From an uncultured Poribacteria bacterium (lineage in GTDB: Bacteria > Poribacteria > WGA-4E > WGA-3G), in contig CATQHZ020000001.1 of the NCBI GenBank assembly GCA_958296135.2, positions 864,001 to 928,000 of the forward strand: DNA of 64,000 nucleotides. Direction: 5' to 3'. The notes beneath the pieces are model-generated. The model saw only the letters and a program-made list of their open reading frames with translations. It did not search any database and had not been told where the DNA came from. Position numbers and translations under genes: made by a program. Shown in pieces: positions 39,587 to 48,207 of this stretch (its first letter is position 1; each line of letters opens with the position of its first letter).

Positions 39587-40768
39587 ATGCTGACTATCAA
39601 ACACCTTGAAGCCATCTCATTGAATGTGCCGTTCTATTGCGAGCGCGTCAGTCGGCACATGCACCGCGCGTTGACGCACGGCGAGCGCGTCTACGTCTAT
39701 CGCGTTGAATTCAGCAACGGCATCGTCGGGTATGGCGAAAACTTAGCGGATGAATCGGATAACATTGAACGCCTCATCGGGCAGAACCCGTTTGCCGTTA
39801 TGAACGACGATAGCATCGGGTTCGGCATTCAGATGTCGCTTTTTGACGCAATCGGGAAAACGGTGGACGTGCCGGTATATCAACTCGTCGGGACGAAGGT
39901 TCGCGAGCAATGCCCCATCTCGTGGTGGGATATCGACATGCCGCCCGAAGATTGGGTAGCGGAGGTAGAAGAATCGGTGAGACGCGGTTACACGTCCGCG
40001 AAACTTAAAGCGCGCCCGTGGCGCGACATCTTCGCGCAGGTAGCGGCAGTCGGCGACGCTGTGCCGGCGGACTATCGGTTAGACATCGATTTTAACGGCT
40101 TCCTCCGCACGGCGGATAACGCCGTCCCCGTTTTACAGCGGCTTGATGAACACCCGAACGTCGCCATTTACGAGAGTCCGTTCTACCTCGGTACGGATGT
40201 CGCTGGTGCGGGGAGGTTACAGGAGAGCATCCAAAAACGGATCGTTGAGCATTTTAACGAAGCCTGCTTGCATGCGCGCTGTTGCGGCGGGTTTGTTGTC
40301 GGCGGCGGTGTCGCTGCGCTGCGCCGGACTAACGCGCTCTGTGCTTCGTTTGAGCAACCGTTCTGGCTTCAGATGGTAGGCACCGGCATTACGACAGCGT
40401 ATGCGGTGCATCTCGGAGCTGTGTTATCGCAAGCAGAATTACCGGCGATTACCTGCCACGAGTTGTGGGAGTCCGATCTTCTCAAAACACGCCTCGCCGT
40501 AGTTGACGGAACAATTCAGGTTTCGGAAGCACCGGGGCTCGGCATTGAGGTAGATGAGGCGGCCTTGGCCGCATATCGCGTAGAGAAAACCGAACCTACC
40601 GCGCAACAGCTCTTCCGCGAAAGCGAGTCTACGTGCAGGGTGCATATCCCGAATGCCGATGGCGGCGAAACGGTTCACGATTTTACAAGCGAGGCTGTCT
40701 ATTATCCGGCGTTTAGTGAGGGTGAGTATCCGGGGTTCGTGCCGGGTGTGTGGATGGAAGTGGTTTGA
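39587..40768 (+). CDS. Enolase-superfamily (MR/MLE) protein
   Basis: Motifs GYGE, K.K, D.N, ESP and PGLGIEVDE; GGAGG RBS. Confidence 0.85.
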   Translation: MLTIKHLEAISLNVPFYCERVSRHMHRALTHGERVYVYRVEFSNGIVGYGENLADESDNIERLIGQNPFAVMNDDSIGFGIQMSLFDAIGKTVDVPVYQLVGTKVREQCPISWWDIDMPPEDWVAEVEESVRRGYTSAKLKARPWRDIFAQVAAVGDAVPADYRLDIDFNGFLRTADNAVPVLQRLDEHPNVAIYESPFYLGTDVAGAGRLQESIQKRIVEHFNEACLHARCCGGFVVGGGVAALRRTNALCASFEQPFWLQMVGTGITTAYAVHLGAVLSQAELPAITCHELWESDLLKTRLAVVDGTIQVSEAPGLGIEVDEAALAAYRVEKTEPTAQQLFRESESTCRVHIPNADGGETVHDFTSEAVYYPAFSEGEYPGFVPGVWMEVV

Positions 40769-41352
40769 ATATCTTTTGCGACAACCGCGCTTGCATACGC
40801 GAGGCAGGCGCGGATGTCCTCAGGCACCAGACTCGGATAATTCTCAAGGAGCTCTGCCTCACTCCAACCGTGCGCCAGCAAGTCGATGATGAATTCAACG
40901 CCTAACCGCGTGCCTCTGATAGAAGGTTTCCCCATCAGGATATTCGGATCGATAACGATTCTTTTTGACAATCGACGTGGGGTTTTCGCGATGTTTTCTG
41001 CCTTTGGTGCGGCAGGTTCATCTCGCACCCGTTGGTGTTCTTCACGAGTTAGTTCTCGGCTTGAACGACATTCGTGTAACTCTTGAAGGCCACGTTCTGT
41101 TATCCGCAAATATCCCCGTTTTGGAAACTCTACAAGCCCTGCCGCTTTCAAATCCAGTCTTGCCCAATTGCAGCGATGATAAAAACGCGACTGTCCACTG
41201 GGCAATCTTTCCGCTAAGTCCACCTCAGTCAGCGAATACTGAGCGGCGAGCGCATCAACTATATCAACAATTCCCCATGCTCTCTTATCGGCGAGAAGTT
41301 GAAGTAAAGGGAATTCCAGGTTTTTGCTTGTCGGCAATGAACTCACAGCCAT
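40702..41352 (-). CDS. Mrr N-terminal winged helix fused to a DUF433 antitoxin domain
   Basis: LPSGQSRFYHRCNWA..DLK.AGLVE.PKRG..RIT.RG, then IVIDP.IL.GKP.IRGTR..V..I..LLA.G.SE.E.L..YP.L..EDIRACL.YA. Confidence 0.8.
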   Translation of the reverse strand: MAVSSLPTSKNLEFPLLQLLADKRAWGIVDIVDALAAQYSLTEVDLAERLPSGQSRFYHRCNWARLDLKAAGLVEFPKRGYLRITERGLQELHECRSSRELTREEHQRVRDEPAAPKAENIAKTPRRLSKRIVIDPNILMGKPSIRGTRLGVEFIIDLLAHGWSEAELLENYPSLVPEDIRACLAYASAVVAKDIQTTSIHTPGTNPGYSPSLNAG

Positions 41353-41359
41353 TTTCAAG

Positions 41360-41657
41360 TTCTCCTATATTCCGCCGCTGCTTTTCGGTACAGCGACTGT
41401 TTCCAAAGTATGCCCTATATGATACCACACGATTCCGTTTTCGCTGGTAGGAGAGACCTCCTGGTCTCGATACCCCCTGAGCCGTCGAGACGCGGGAAGT
41501 CTCTCCTCCTGGGAAACACCCATCGAGACCGGGCGGTCTCTCCTCCTGACATCGCGCGATATGATGCGGGAATCAGGATTCCCGCACCACACCGGAATTC
41601 GGCGGGCGCGTAACGTCGCGCTGCCCGCATTTCTCGGTTTTGATGTCAAACCGAATT
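41360..41657. repeat. Direct repeat copy 1 (promoter, REP-B cluster, hairpins); copy 2 at 42876-43271
   Basis: Shared blocks TTCTCCTATATTCCGCCGCTGCTTTTCGG.. and GATATGATGCGGGAATCAGGATTCCCGCACC..GGTTTTGATGT. Confidence 0.9.
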
Positions 41658-42741
41658 ATCCGTGGAAAACGTTGTACTCAAGCAGAAGCCGGGCGAGTTC
41701 TTTGCCATCAACGAGGACGATTCTAGGGGAATCCTCCCTTTCCCCATACTTTATCGCGGGGCTCGTGAAAACGGAGGTTGTGACAAAAATGCCCATTGTT
41801 GCATCTTGCTCAAGCAAGGCACCTGCAAACTGATGAATGGCAGGCTTCCCAACCTTATTTTTCCACCGTTTGGCTTGAACATAAATTCGGTAAAGTTCAA
41901 GCCTATCATCATCGGTAATGATACCATCAATACCGTCGTCGCGACTGCCGCCTAGGACTTCTCCCGCTCCGTATCCCATTTTTTCGAGGAGGTTGATAAC
42001 GAGGTTCTCAAAAAAAGTAGGGTGGATGCCTTTAACCTTCCGGAGCAAGCTTGCTTCCAATTCCTCTTGGATTCCCAGGGTTGTTTCTTCAAAGGAAACA
42101 GGAGGATCAGGCTCGGGAATTGGCGAATCCGGATCGGGAATTAGTAATCTGGAATTAGGGGCAGGCACGTACGGTTTTCTTGGCCCTCCTGGTTGCTTCA
42201 ACTTCCCCTTTTCTAAAAGATACCGGAAGGCAGGCGCGACTATAGCATAGCGAAAAACGTTGAGGCCGTGCCTATCTTCCGCATTTCGCTGATCGTTTGA
42301 CAGTTGGAACTTATCTGCCAATATAACGACTGCATCCTTAACTCTAATTCCTTCGGGTGGAAATTCAAGTTCAAGAATGGCGTTTCTGACTTCATCAGGC
42401 GGAGGAAAAACAAGGTTTGTTGGGGTTAGTGGAATCTCAAACCCACTCCTTGTTATTCTCCAATATCCCGCCTTCGTTGATTCTACTAAACCCTTCTTCT
42501 TCAAATGAGATAGGGCAGTACCGCTACGGTTCTTAAACTTATGCAGGCCACTTGGTAATCTTTCTGCTAATTTATCAGCAGTAAGATTAAGGGACCTAGA
42601 ACCTGCAATCGCATTGAAGATATCCTGCCGGTGATGCTCTGGCATATGCGCATCGAAGATATCCTGCTGGTCAGGCACTCGCCCCTCAGCTAGAAATCGA
42701 AGAATCGCATCTTCGATTTCTCGAATTGTGGGCATAGACAT
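41656..42741 (-). CDS. mrr: Mrr family (type IV) restriction endonuclease with two N-terminal helical modules
   Basis: Motifs FE.LV..LL.KMGYG, D.GIDG, YVQAKRW, F.GAL, GIFVTTS.FT and LVDG.EL..L. Confidence 0.88.
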   Translation of the reverse strand: MSMPTIREIEDAILRFLAEGRVPDQQDIFDAHMPEHHRQDIFNAIAGSRSLNLTADKLAERLPSGLHKFKNRSGTALSHLKKKGLVESTKAGYWRITRSGFEIPLTPTNLVFPPPDEVRNAILELEFPPEGIRVKDAVVILADKFQLSNDQRNAEDRHGLNVFRYAIVAPAFRYLLEKGKLKQPGGPRKPYVPAPNSRLLIPDPDSPIPEPDPPVSFEETTLGIQEELEASLLRKVKGIHPTFFENLVINLLEKMGYGAGEVLGGSRDDGIDGIITDDDRLELYRIYVQAKRWKNKVGKPAIHQFAGALLEQDATMGIFVTTSVFTSPAIKYGEREDSPRIVLVDGKELARLLLEYNVFHG

Positions 42742-42829
42742 TAACTGAGATCCTCCAAATTAGTTCAGAATATGATAATAGTATACCATGTTTCCGATTT
42801 TTTGTCAAGTGAAAACAAAGACTTGCTAT

Positions 42830-42873
42830 CCTCACTCCAACCGTGCGCCAGCAAGTCGATGATGAATTCAACG
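42830..42873 (-). pseudogene. 44-bp remnant of the DUF433 gene
   Basis: Identical to 40857-40900 and located directly behind the duplicated promoter and RBS. Confidence 0.8.
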
Positions 42874-42875
42874 GC

Positions 42876-43271
42876 TTCTCCTATATTCCGCCGCTGCTTT
42901 TCGGCGCAGCGACTGTTTCCAAAGTATGTCCTATATGATACCACATTTTGACGCGTTTGTCAAATGCATCCGGACGATTCCGTTTTCGCTGGTAGGAGAG
43001 ACCTCCTGGTCTCGATACCCCCCTGAACCGTCGAGGCGCGGGATGTCTCTCCTACCGGGAAACACCCATCGAAACGCGGGAGGGCTCTCTTCTCTGAACC
43101 GTCGAGACGCGGGATGTCTCTCCTACTGAGGGATGTCGAGACGCGGGATGTCTCTCCTACTGAAGTCACGCGATATGATGCGGGAATCAGGATTCCCGCA
43201 CCATACCGGAATTCGGCGGGCGTGTAACGTCGCGCTGCCCGCATTTCTTGGTTTTGATGTTAAACCGGATT
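42876..43271. repeat. Direct repeat copy 2, with an intact minus-strand promoter
   Basis: Matches 41360-41657; retains TTGACA-N17-TATCAT and extra REP-B copies. Confidence 0.9.
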
Positions 43272-43605
43272 AGCCGCGCTTAGGCGGTTTCCAATTGTGC
43301 CAATAGGGGGGCGGCGGCACAATGCCCGCCAATATGTCAAGTCCCCGCTTCGTTATTCTCCAATATCCGCGTTTTGGAGACTCTACAAGCCCTGCCTCTT
43401 TCATGTCTTGTTTTGCCCAATTACAGCGATGATAAAACCGCGGCTGTCCGCTGGGCAATTTTTCTTGTAATTGCTGATGTGTCAGTGAGTAACGATCGGC
43501 GAGCTCGTCCACAAAGTCCTTAGTCCGCCATTCTTTCTGCTTACCGAACAATCCAAGAAGATCGGGCTCAATTTCTTTACTCGTAGGTAATGAACTCACA
43601 GGCAT
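43270..43605 (-). CDS. Stand-alone Mrr N-terminal winged-helix protein
   Basis: LPSGQPRFYHRCNWA..DMK.AGLVESPKRG.WRIT.RG; GGAGG RBS; promoter TTGACA-N18-TATACT at 43672-43643. Confidence 0.82.
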   Translation of the reverse strand: MPVSSLPTSKEIEPDLLGLFGKQKEWRTKDFVDELADRYSLTHQQLQEKLPSGQPRFYHRCNWAKQDMKEAGLVESPKRGYWRITKRGLDILAGIVPPPPYWHNWKPPKRG

Positions 43606-43727
43606 TTTCTCAGTCCTCCAAATCAATTCAAATTATATTCATAGTATACCATGTTTCCGCTTTTTTTGTCAAGTGAAAACAAAAGACTTGATTTCCTCAA
43701 GACCTTATGGTATCCTTAAAAACGATG

Positions 43728-43825
43728 TCGAGACGCGGGAGATCTCTCCTACTAGGGGATGTCGAGACGCGGGAGATCTCTCCTACTGGGAAACACCCAT
43801 CGAGACGCGGGAGGTCTCTCCTACT
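43728..43825. repeat. Three family B REP copies
   Basis: TCGAGACGCGGGAG(A/G)TCTCTCCTACT x3. Confidence 0.88.
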
Positions 43826-43875
43826 GAAGTTGTGATAACCCTTTCACGAAATTTTTGCACAGGAGGACATCTCGC

Positions 43876-44127
43876 ATGAGATACGATGAACGGGTAGGCA
43901 GTCTCATCACCTGCGATGCGGAGATTATGAGCGGTACACCGGTGTTCAAGAATACGCGTGTCCCAATAAAAAACCTGATCGATTATTTAGAGGCAGGGGA
44001 TAACCTTGACGAATTTTTGGAGGATTTTCCTGCTGTCACTCGCGAACAAGCGGTCCAAGCACTTGAACTTGCGAGGGACGCGCTGTTAACACACGCCTAT
44101 GCGCATGCTCTAGGAGGTGCAAATTAC
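43876..44127 (+). CDS. DUF433 antitoxin domain, with no stop codon (reads in frame into the next gene)
   Basis: I.CD.EIMSGTPVF..TRVPI..L.DYLE.G..LDEFL.DFP.V.REQA; AGGAGG RBS. Confidence 0.8.
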
Positions 44128-44964
44128 ATGAACGAAGAACTTTTTGTGAGCCAAGAATGGACACTTGCCAACGGATGGACATCCGGTATTGAAGGACCGG
44201 CGTGCGATGCAGAAGGGAATCTATACGCCGTGAATTACGCTCGACAACACACCATCGGCAAGGTGACACCGCAAGGCGTGGAGAGCGTTTTTATTGAACT
44301 GCCCAACGGGAGCATCGGCAACGGCATCCGCTTTAATAGCGAAGGCTTCATGTTCATCGCTGACTATACTAACCATAACGTGCTGAAGGTGGACATGCAG
44401 ACGCGCGAAATTACTGTCCACGCGCACGAACCGAAGATGAATCAGCCGAATGACCTGGGCATCGGCGCGAACGACCTTCTCTACGCCAGCGATCCGAATT
44501 GGAGCGAGTCCACCGGACAACTCTGGCGCGTGGATACAGATGGCAGCGTGACATTGCTTGAAGCGGACATGGGCACGACAAACGGCATTGAAGTCAGCCC
44601 GGACGAACGGACGCTCTACGTCAACGAATCGGTGCAGCGCAATGTCTGGGCGTATGATTTGTCTGCGAACGGGGAGCTCAGCAATAAGCGGTTGCTTATC
44701 CGGTTCCCGGATTTCAACATGGATGGAATGCGGTGCGACATCGCGGGCAATCTCTACATTACGCGACACGGGAAAGGCACGGTGGCCAAACTCTCGCCTG
44801 ATGGAGAAGTGCTGTTGGAAGTGGCGTTGACAGGCAAGCTCTGCTCGAATATCGCCTTCGGCGGCCCTGATGGATGCACGTGCTACGTCACGATGGCAGA
44901 CCGGGGGAATATCGAGTCCTTCCGCGCCGATTTGCCGGGCAGAAGTTGGCAGTTGTTCCAATAA
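44128..44964 (+). CDS. SMP-30/gluconolactonase/LRE family protein
   Basis: Motifs IEGP, PND, TNGI..SPD..TLYV, DGM..D..GNLY and SN.AFGG.D; own AGGAGG RBS at 44112-44117. Confidence 0.9.
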   Translation: MNEELFVSQEWTLANGWTSGIEGPACDAEGNLYAVNYARQHTIGKVTPQGVESVFIELPNGSIGNGIRFNSEGFMFIADYTNHNVLKVDMQTREITVHAHEPKMNQPNDLGIGANDLLYASDPNWSESTGQLWRVDTDGSVTLLEADMGTTNGIEVSPDERTLYVNESVQRNVWAYDLSANGELSNKRLLIRFPDFNMDGMRCDIAGNLYITRHGKGTVAKLSPDGEVLLEVALTGKLCSNIAFGGPDGCTCYVTMADRGNIESFRADLPGRSWQLFQ

Positions 44965-44973
44965 TGCTGTAAG

Positions 44974-45046
44974 TTCGCGGGGGACAACTGACCTACCGTA
45001 AACACGTTTTCTGTAGACGTGACCGTGGCGGCCCCCGCGCTACGGT
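44974..45046. repeat. Family A REP with a different loop insert
   Basis: CGCGGGGGACA-[..CACGTTTTCTGTAG(A/G)CGTGACCGTG..]-GGCCCCCGCGCTACGG; part of the insert is shared with the copy at about 6020-6045. Confidence 0.8.
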
Positions 45047-45149
45047 AAAAAGGGAGGACATCGCCATACCTCCGCGCTATAAAAATGACTTGACAAATGC
45101 ACGCGATTTCTGCTATTATATTCCCATACAATTCTAATGGAGGAAAAAC

Positions 45150-45932
45150 ATGAAACATTTATCTCTGATTTTAATTCTCGCCGTGGCCTGCTGCACTTAC
45201 GCGTCCGCAGATTTATTGGAAGGCCTCGTGCTTTACATGCCGCTTGACGAAGGCAACGGCAAGAGCACCGAAGACTTCTCAGAAAACGGGTTTACCGGCG
45301 AACTCAACGGCGGCGCGAAATGGGTAGACGGCAAATTCGGGAAGGCCCTTGAATTCAGCGCGTCTACCGATTTCGTCGCGGTTGAAGATGACGGGGCGTT
45401 TCACATTGAAGATGAAATCACGCAAGCCGCTTGGATTAACCTCGACCGGCTGCCGAGCGCGCACGCCATTGTCTTCGGCACCCGCATGGGTGGCGGCGGC
45501 AGACACATCGGCTTCGGCTACGGCATGAACCCCGCAAACGGGATTAAGGTCTGGACGAACGGTGCCGGTGGCGGGTTCTTGGACATCAACGATAACAAAA
45601 CCGCGCTGGATACCGGCAAGTGGTATTATCTCGCCTATACGCACACCTCGGATAACAAGGGGTTAGTGGAGATTTACGTTGATGGCGAAGTGACGCACTC
45701 GCAGGATTCCAACAATCCGGTCGCGCCCGCGGGGGCGACGAGCCAAATCCAGATCGGCACCTGGTCTGGCGAAGCGTGGCCGGGTATCGTCGATGAAGTT
45801 CGGCTCTGGAACCGTGCGCTCTCCGCTGATGAAGTGAAAGAGAGCATGGAGTTGGGAATGGCAGAGTTCTTGGCGGTGGATCCGAAGGATAAGCTTGCCA
45901 CTTCGTGGGGCAAAATTAAGCGGTTGCGTTAA
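45150..45932 (+). CDS. Secreted LamG / concanavalin-like domain protein
   Basis: Signal peptide; LV.Y..LDEG.G, W.DGKFGKAL.F, G.VDEV.LWNRALS; ends AVDPKDKLATSWGKIK; promoter TTGACA at 45090. Confidence 0.9.
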   Translation: MKHLSLILILAVACCTYASADLLEGLVLYMPLDEGNGKSTEDFSENGFTGELNGGAKWVDGKFGKALEFSASTDFVAVEDDGAFHIEDEITQAAWINLDRLPSAHAIVFGTRMGGGGRHIGFGYGMNPANGIKVWTNGAGGGFLDINDNKTALDTGKWYYLAYTHTSDNKGLVEIYVDGEVTHSQDSNNPVAPAGATSQIQIGTWSGEAWPGIVDEVRLWNRALSADEVKESMELGMAEFLAVDPKDKLATSWGKIKRLR

Positions 45933-45945
45933 GTCGATTTCCGCA

Positions 45946-46361
45946 GTAGGAGAGCCCTCCTTGTCTCGATGGGTGTTGCCCGGTAGGAGAGCCCTCCTTG
46001 TCTCGATGGGTGTCATGTCGGGACAGGGATGTCCCTCCTACGGGGAAAGTCGGGCCAGGGATGTCCCTCCTACCGGGGAAAATATCGGGCCAGGGATGTC
46101 CCTCCTACCGGGGAAAATATCGGGCCAAGGATGTCCCGCCTACCGGGGAAAGTCGGGCCAGGGATGTCCCTCCTACCGGGGAAAGTCGGGCCAAGGATGT
46201 CCCGCCTACCGGGGAAAATATCGAGACCAGGAGGTCTCTCCTACCGGAAGAGAAGAGTTATATCGGGACAGGGATGGCCCTCCTACCGGAAGAGAAGAGT
46301 CATATCGGGACAGGGATGGCCCTCTTCGGGACAGGGATGGCCCGCCTACCGGAAGAGAAGA
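45946..46361. repeat. REP array: two forward B-like copies, then about ten inverted family D copies
   Basis: GTAGGAGAGCCCTCCTTGTCTCGA x2; TCGGG(C/A)CA(G/A)GGATG(T/G)CCC(T/G)CCTAC repeated. Confidence 0.9.
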
Positions 46362-46366
46362 AATGA

Positions 46367-46912
46367 ATGAAACGCTATGAATCTGTCTTAAAACGGCTGG
46401 AAAAAACGGCAAAACAGTATACCAACATCGCACCGGAGAACGGGCAGTTTCTTGCCATTCTCCTCCGCACAATTCAGGCGCAGCGTGTGCTGGAAGTCGG
46501 GACGAGCAACGGCTATTCCACGATGTGGCTCGCCGCCGCGTTGAAAGAAATGGGCGGCACATTGGTGACGCTGGAGTTTGACCCGGGCCGCGCGGCGATG
46601 GCACGCGCACACCTCACTGAAACGGGACTTGACGATGTTGTGGAGGTTCGCGTCGGCAACGCGCTGGACGAAATCCCGAAATGCGCGGGGCCCTTCGACC
46701 TGGTGTTCCTCGATGCCGAGAAAGGTGAGTATCGGCAGTATCTGGAGTTGGCACTGCCGAACATTCGTCCCGGCGGCCTCATCGTCGCTGATGATACCGT
46801 CACGATGCGCGCCGAAATGCCGGATTACGTGGATTTCGTTTTCAATACGCCGCTGCTGCATTCCGTTGATATTCCCTTGGACGATGGTGTAATTCTAAGC
46901 TATAAAGTGTAA
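46367..46912 (+). CDS. O-methyltransferase (class I SAM-dependent)
   Basis: Motifs VLEVGTSNGYST.WL, FDLVFLDAEK..Y and PGGL.VAD. Confidence 0.92.
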   Translation: MKRYESVLKRLEKTAKQYTNIAPENGQFLAILLRTIQAQRVLEVGTSNGYSTMWLAAALKEMGGTLVTLEFDPGRAAMARAHLTETGLDDVVEVRVGNALDEIPKCAGPFDLVFLDAEKGEYRQYLELALPNIRPGGLIVADDTVTMRAEMPDYVDFVFNTPLLHSVDIPLDDGVILSYKV

Positions 46913-46974
46913 GCGCGGCTTTTTATGTCCGTCCTTCGCGCGCTTGGAAAGCGCGTCTACCGGAACAAATTCTC

Positions 46975-48162
46975 ATGAGCTCCAAAATTTCAGACAAATC
47001 TGCCCGCTTTACAGAATCCGTTATCCGCGAGATGACGCGGCTCTGCCTGCAACACGACGCGATTAACCTGTCGCAAGGCACCCCGGTGTATCAACCACCG
47101 GACGCGGTGAAAGCGGCGGCGGTCGCGGCGATTTATGAAGGGTATAACCAGTATAGTATCACGTGGGGCGAACCTGAGTTTCGTGAGGCAATCGCTCGCA
47201 AAATGACGACGTTCAACCGTATCCCCACCGATGCCGCCGCCAATGTCACGGTCACGTGTGGTTCAACCGAGGGGATGCTCTCCGCGCTCCTCGCGATTAT
47301 CAACCCCGGCGACGAAGTTATCATCTTTGAACCGTTTTATGAGAATTACGGGCCCGATACCATCATCTCTGGCGCGGCACCTGTCTATGTGCCGTTGCGC
47401 GAGACGCGCGCTTCCGACGGAAGTTACGATTTCACTTACGATGCTGCTGAACTCCGGGATGCCTTCTCTGCCAACACGAAGGCGATTATCCTGAACACGC
47501 CGCACAATCCCTTCGGCAAGGTGTTTACGCTGGACGAACTGCAACAGATTGCAGATTTGTGTTGTGAATACGATTGCCTCGCCATCACCGATGAAATTTA
47601 CGAGCAGATGATTTACGATGGCAAATCGCACATCAGCATCGGTTCTTTGCCGATGATGCAGGAGCGCACGATTACCGTCTCCGGATTAAGCAAGATCTAC
47701 TCGATGACAGGTTGGCGATTAGGCTACGTCATCGCGTCTGAACCGCTGTCAGCCGCCATCCGGAAGATGCACGATTTTTTGACAGTCGGCGCGCCGCATC
47801 CGCTGCAGCGTGCCGGCATCGCCGCTCTCAATTTGCCACAGAGCTATTATGAAGAGCTCGTCGCAAAGTATGATAAAAACCGTCGGCAATTGGCGAGTGT
47901 CCTGATAGAGGCGGGGTTTCGTTGTCAGCCGCCGTCGGGTGCGTATTACATCATGACAGACATCGCCGATTTCGGGTTCCCTGATGACACGGCGTTTGCA
48001 CACTGGCTGGTGGAGGAGATAGGCGTAGGCGGCGTGCCGGGCTCGAGTTTCTATAGCCGCCCGGAACTCGGCAGGACGAAACTGCGTTTTATGTTCAGCA
48101 TGGCGGAAGAACGGCTGGCCGAAGCCGGCGAGCGGCTGATACAGGTTAAGGCGAGGATTTAA
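46975..48162 (+). CDS. Class I/II PLP-dependent aminotransferase
   Basis: Motifs INLSQG, NTPHNP.GK, DEIY and SKIYSMTGWRLG. Confidence 0.93.
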   Translation: MSSKISDKSARFTESVIREMTRLCLQHDAINLSQGTPVYQPPDAVKAAAVAAIYEGYNQYSITWGEPEFREAIARKMTTFNRIPTDAAANVTVTCGSTEGMLSALLAIINPGDEVIIFEPFYENYGPDTIISGAAPVYVPLRETRASDGSYDFTYDAAELRDAFSANTKAIILNTPHNPFGKVFTLDELQQIADLCCEYDCLAITDEIYEQMIYDGKSHISIGSLPMMQERTITVSGLSKIYSMTGWRLGYVIASEPLSAAIRKMHDFLTVGAPHPLQRAGIAALNLPQSYYEELVAKYDKNRRQLASVLIEAGFRCQPPSGAYYIMTDIADFGFPDDTAFAHWLVEEIGVGGVPGSSFYSRPELGRTKLRFMFSMAEERLAEAGERLIQVKARI

Positions 48163-48207
48163 CGATGACACTTTTGTCAGGGCGGATAAACCGATAGAGA
48201 ACCGATT

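Noticed and set aside
40857-42873. Template/variable repeat pair of a diversity-generating retroelement
   Set aside because: The 44-bp copies are identical, with no adenine-specific mismatches, and there is no reverse transcriptase in the window.
45946-46361. Repeat array with ~31-34-bp period, and three overlapping ORFs across it
   Set aside because: The linkers are only a few nucleotides and are themselves repetitive. The ORFs are translations of REP repeats in all frames.
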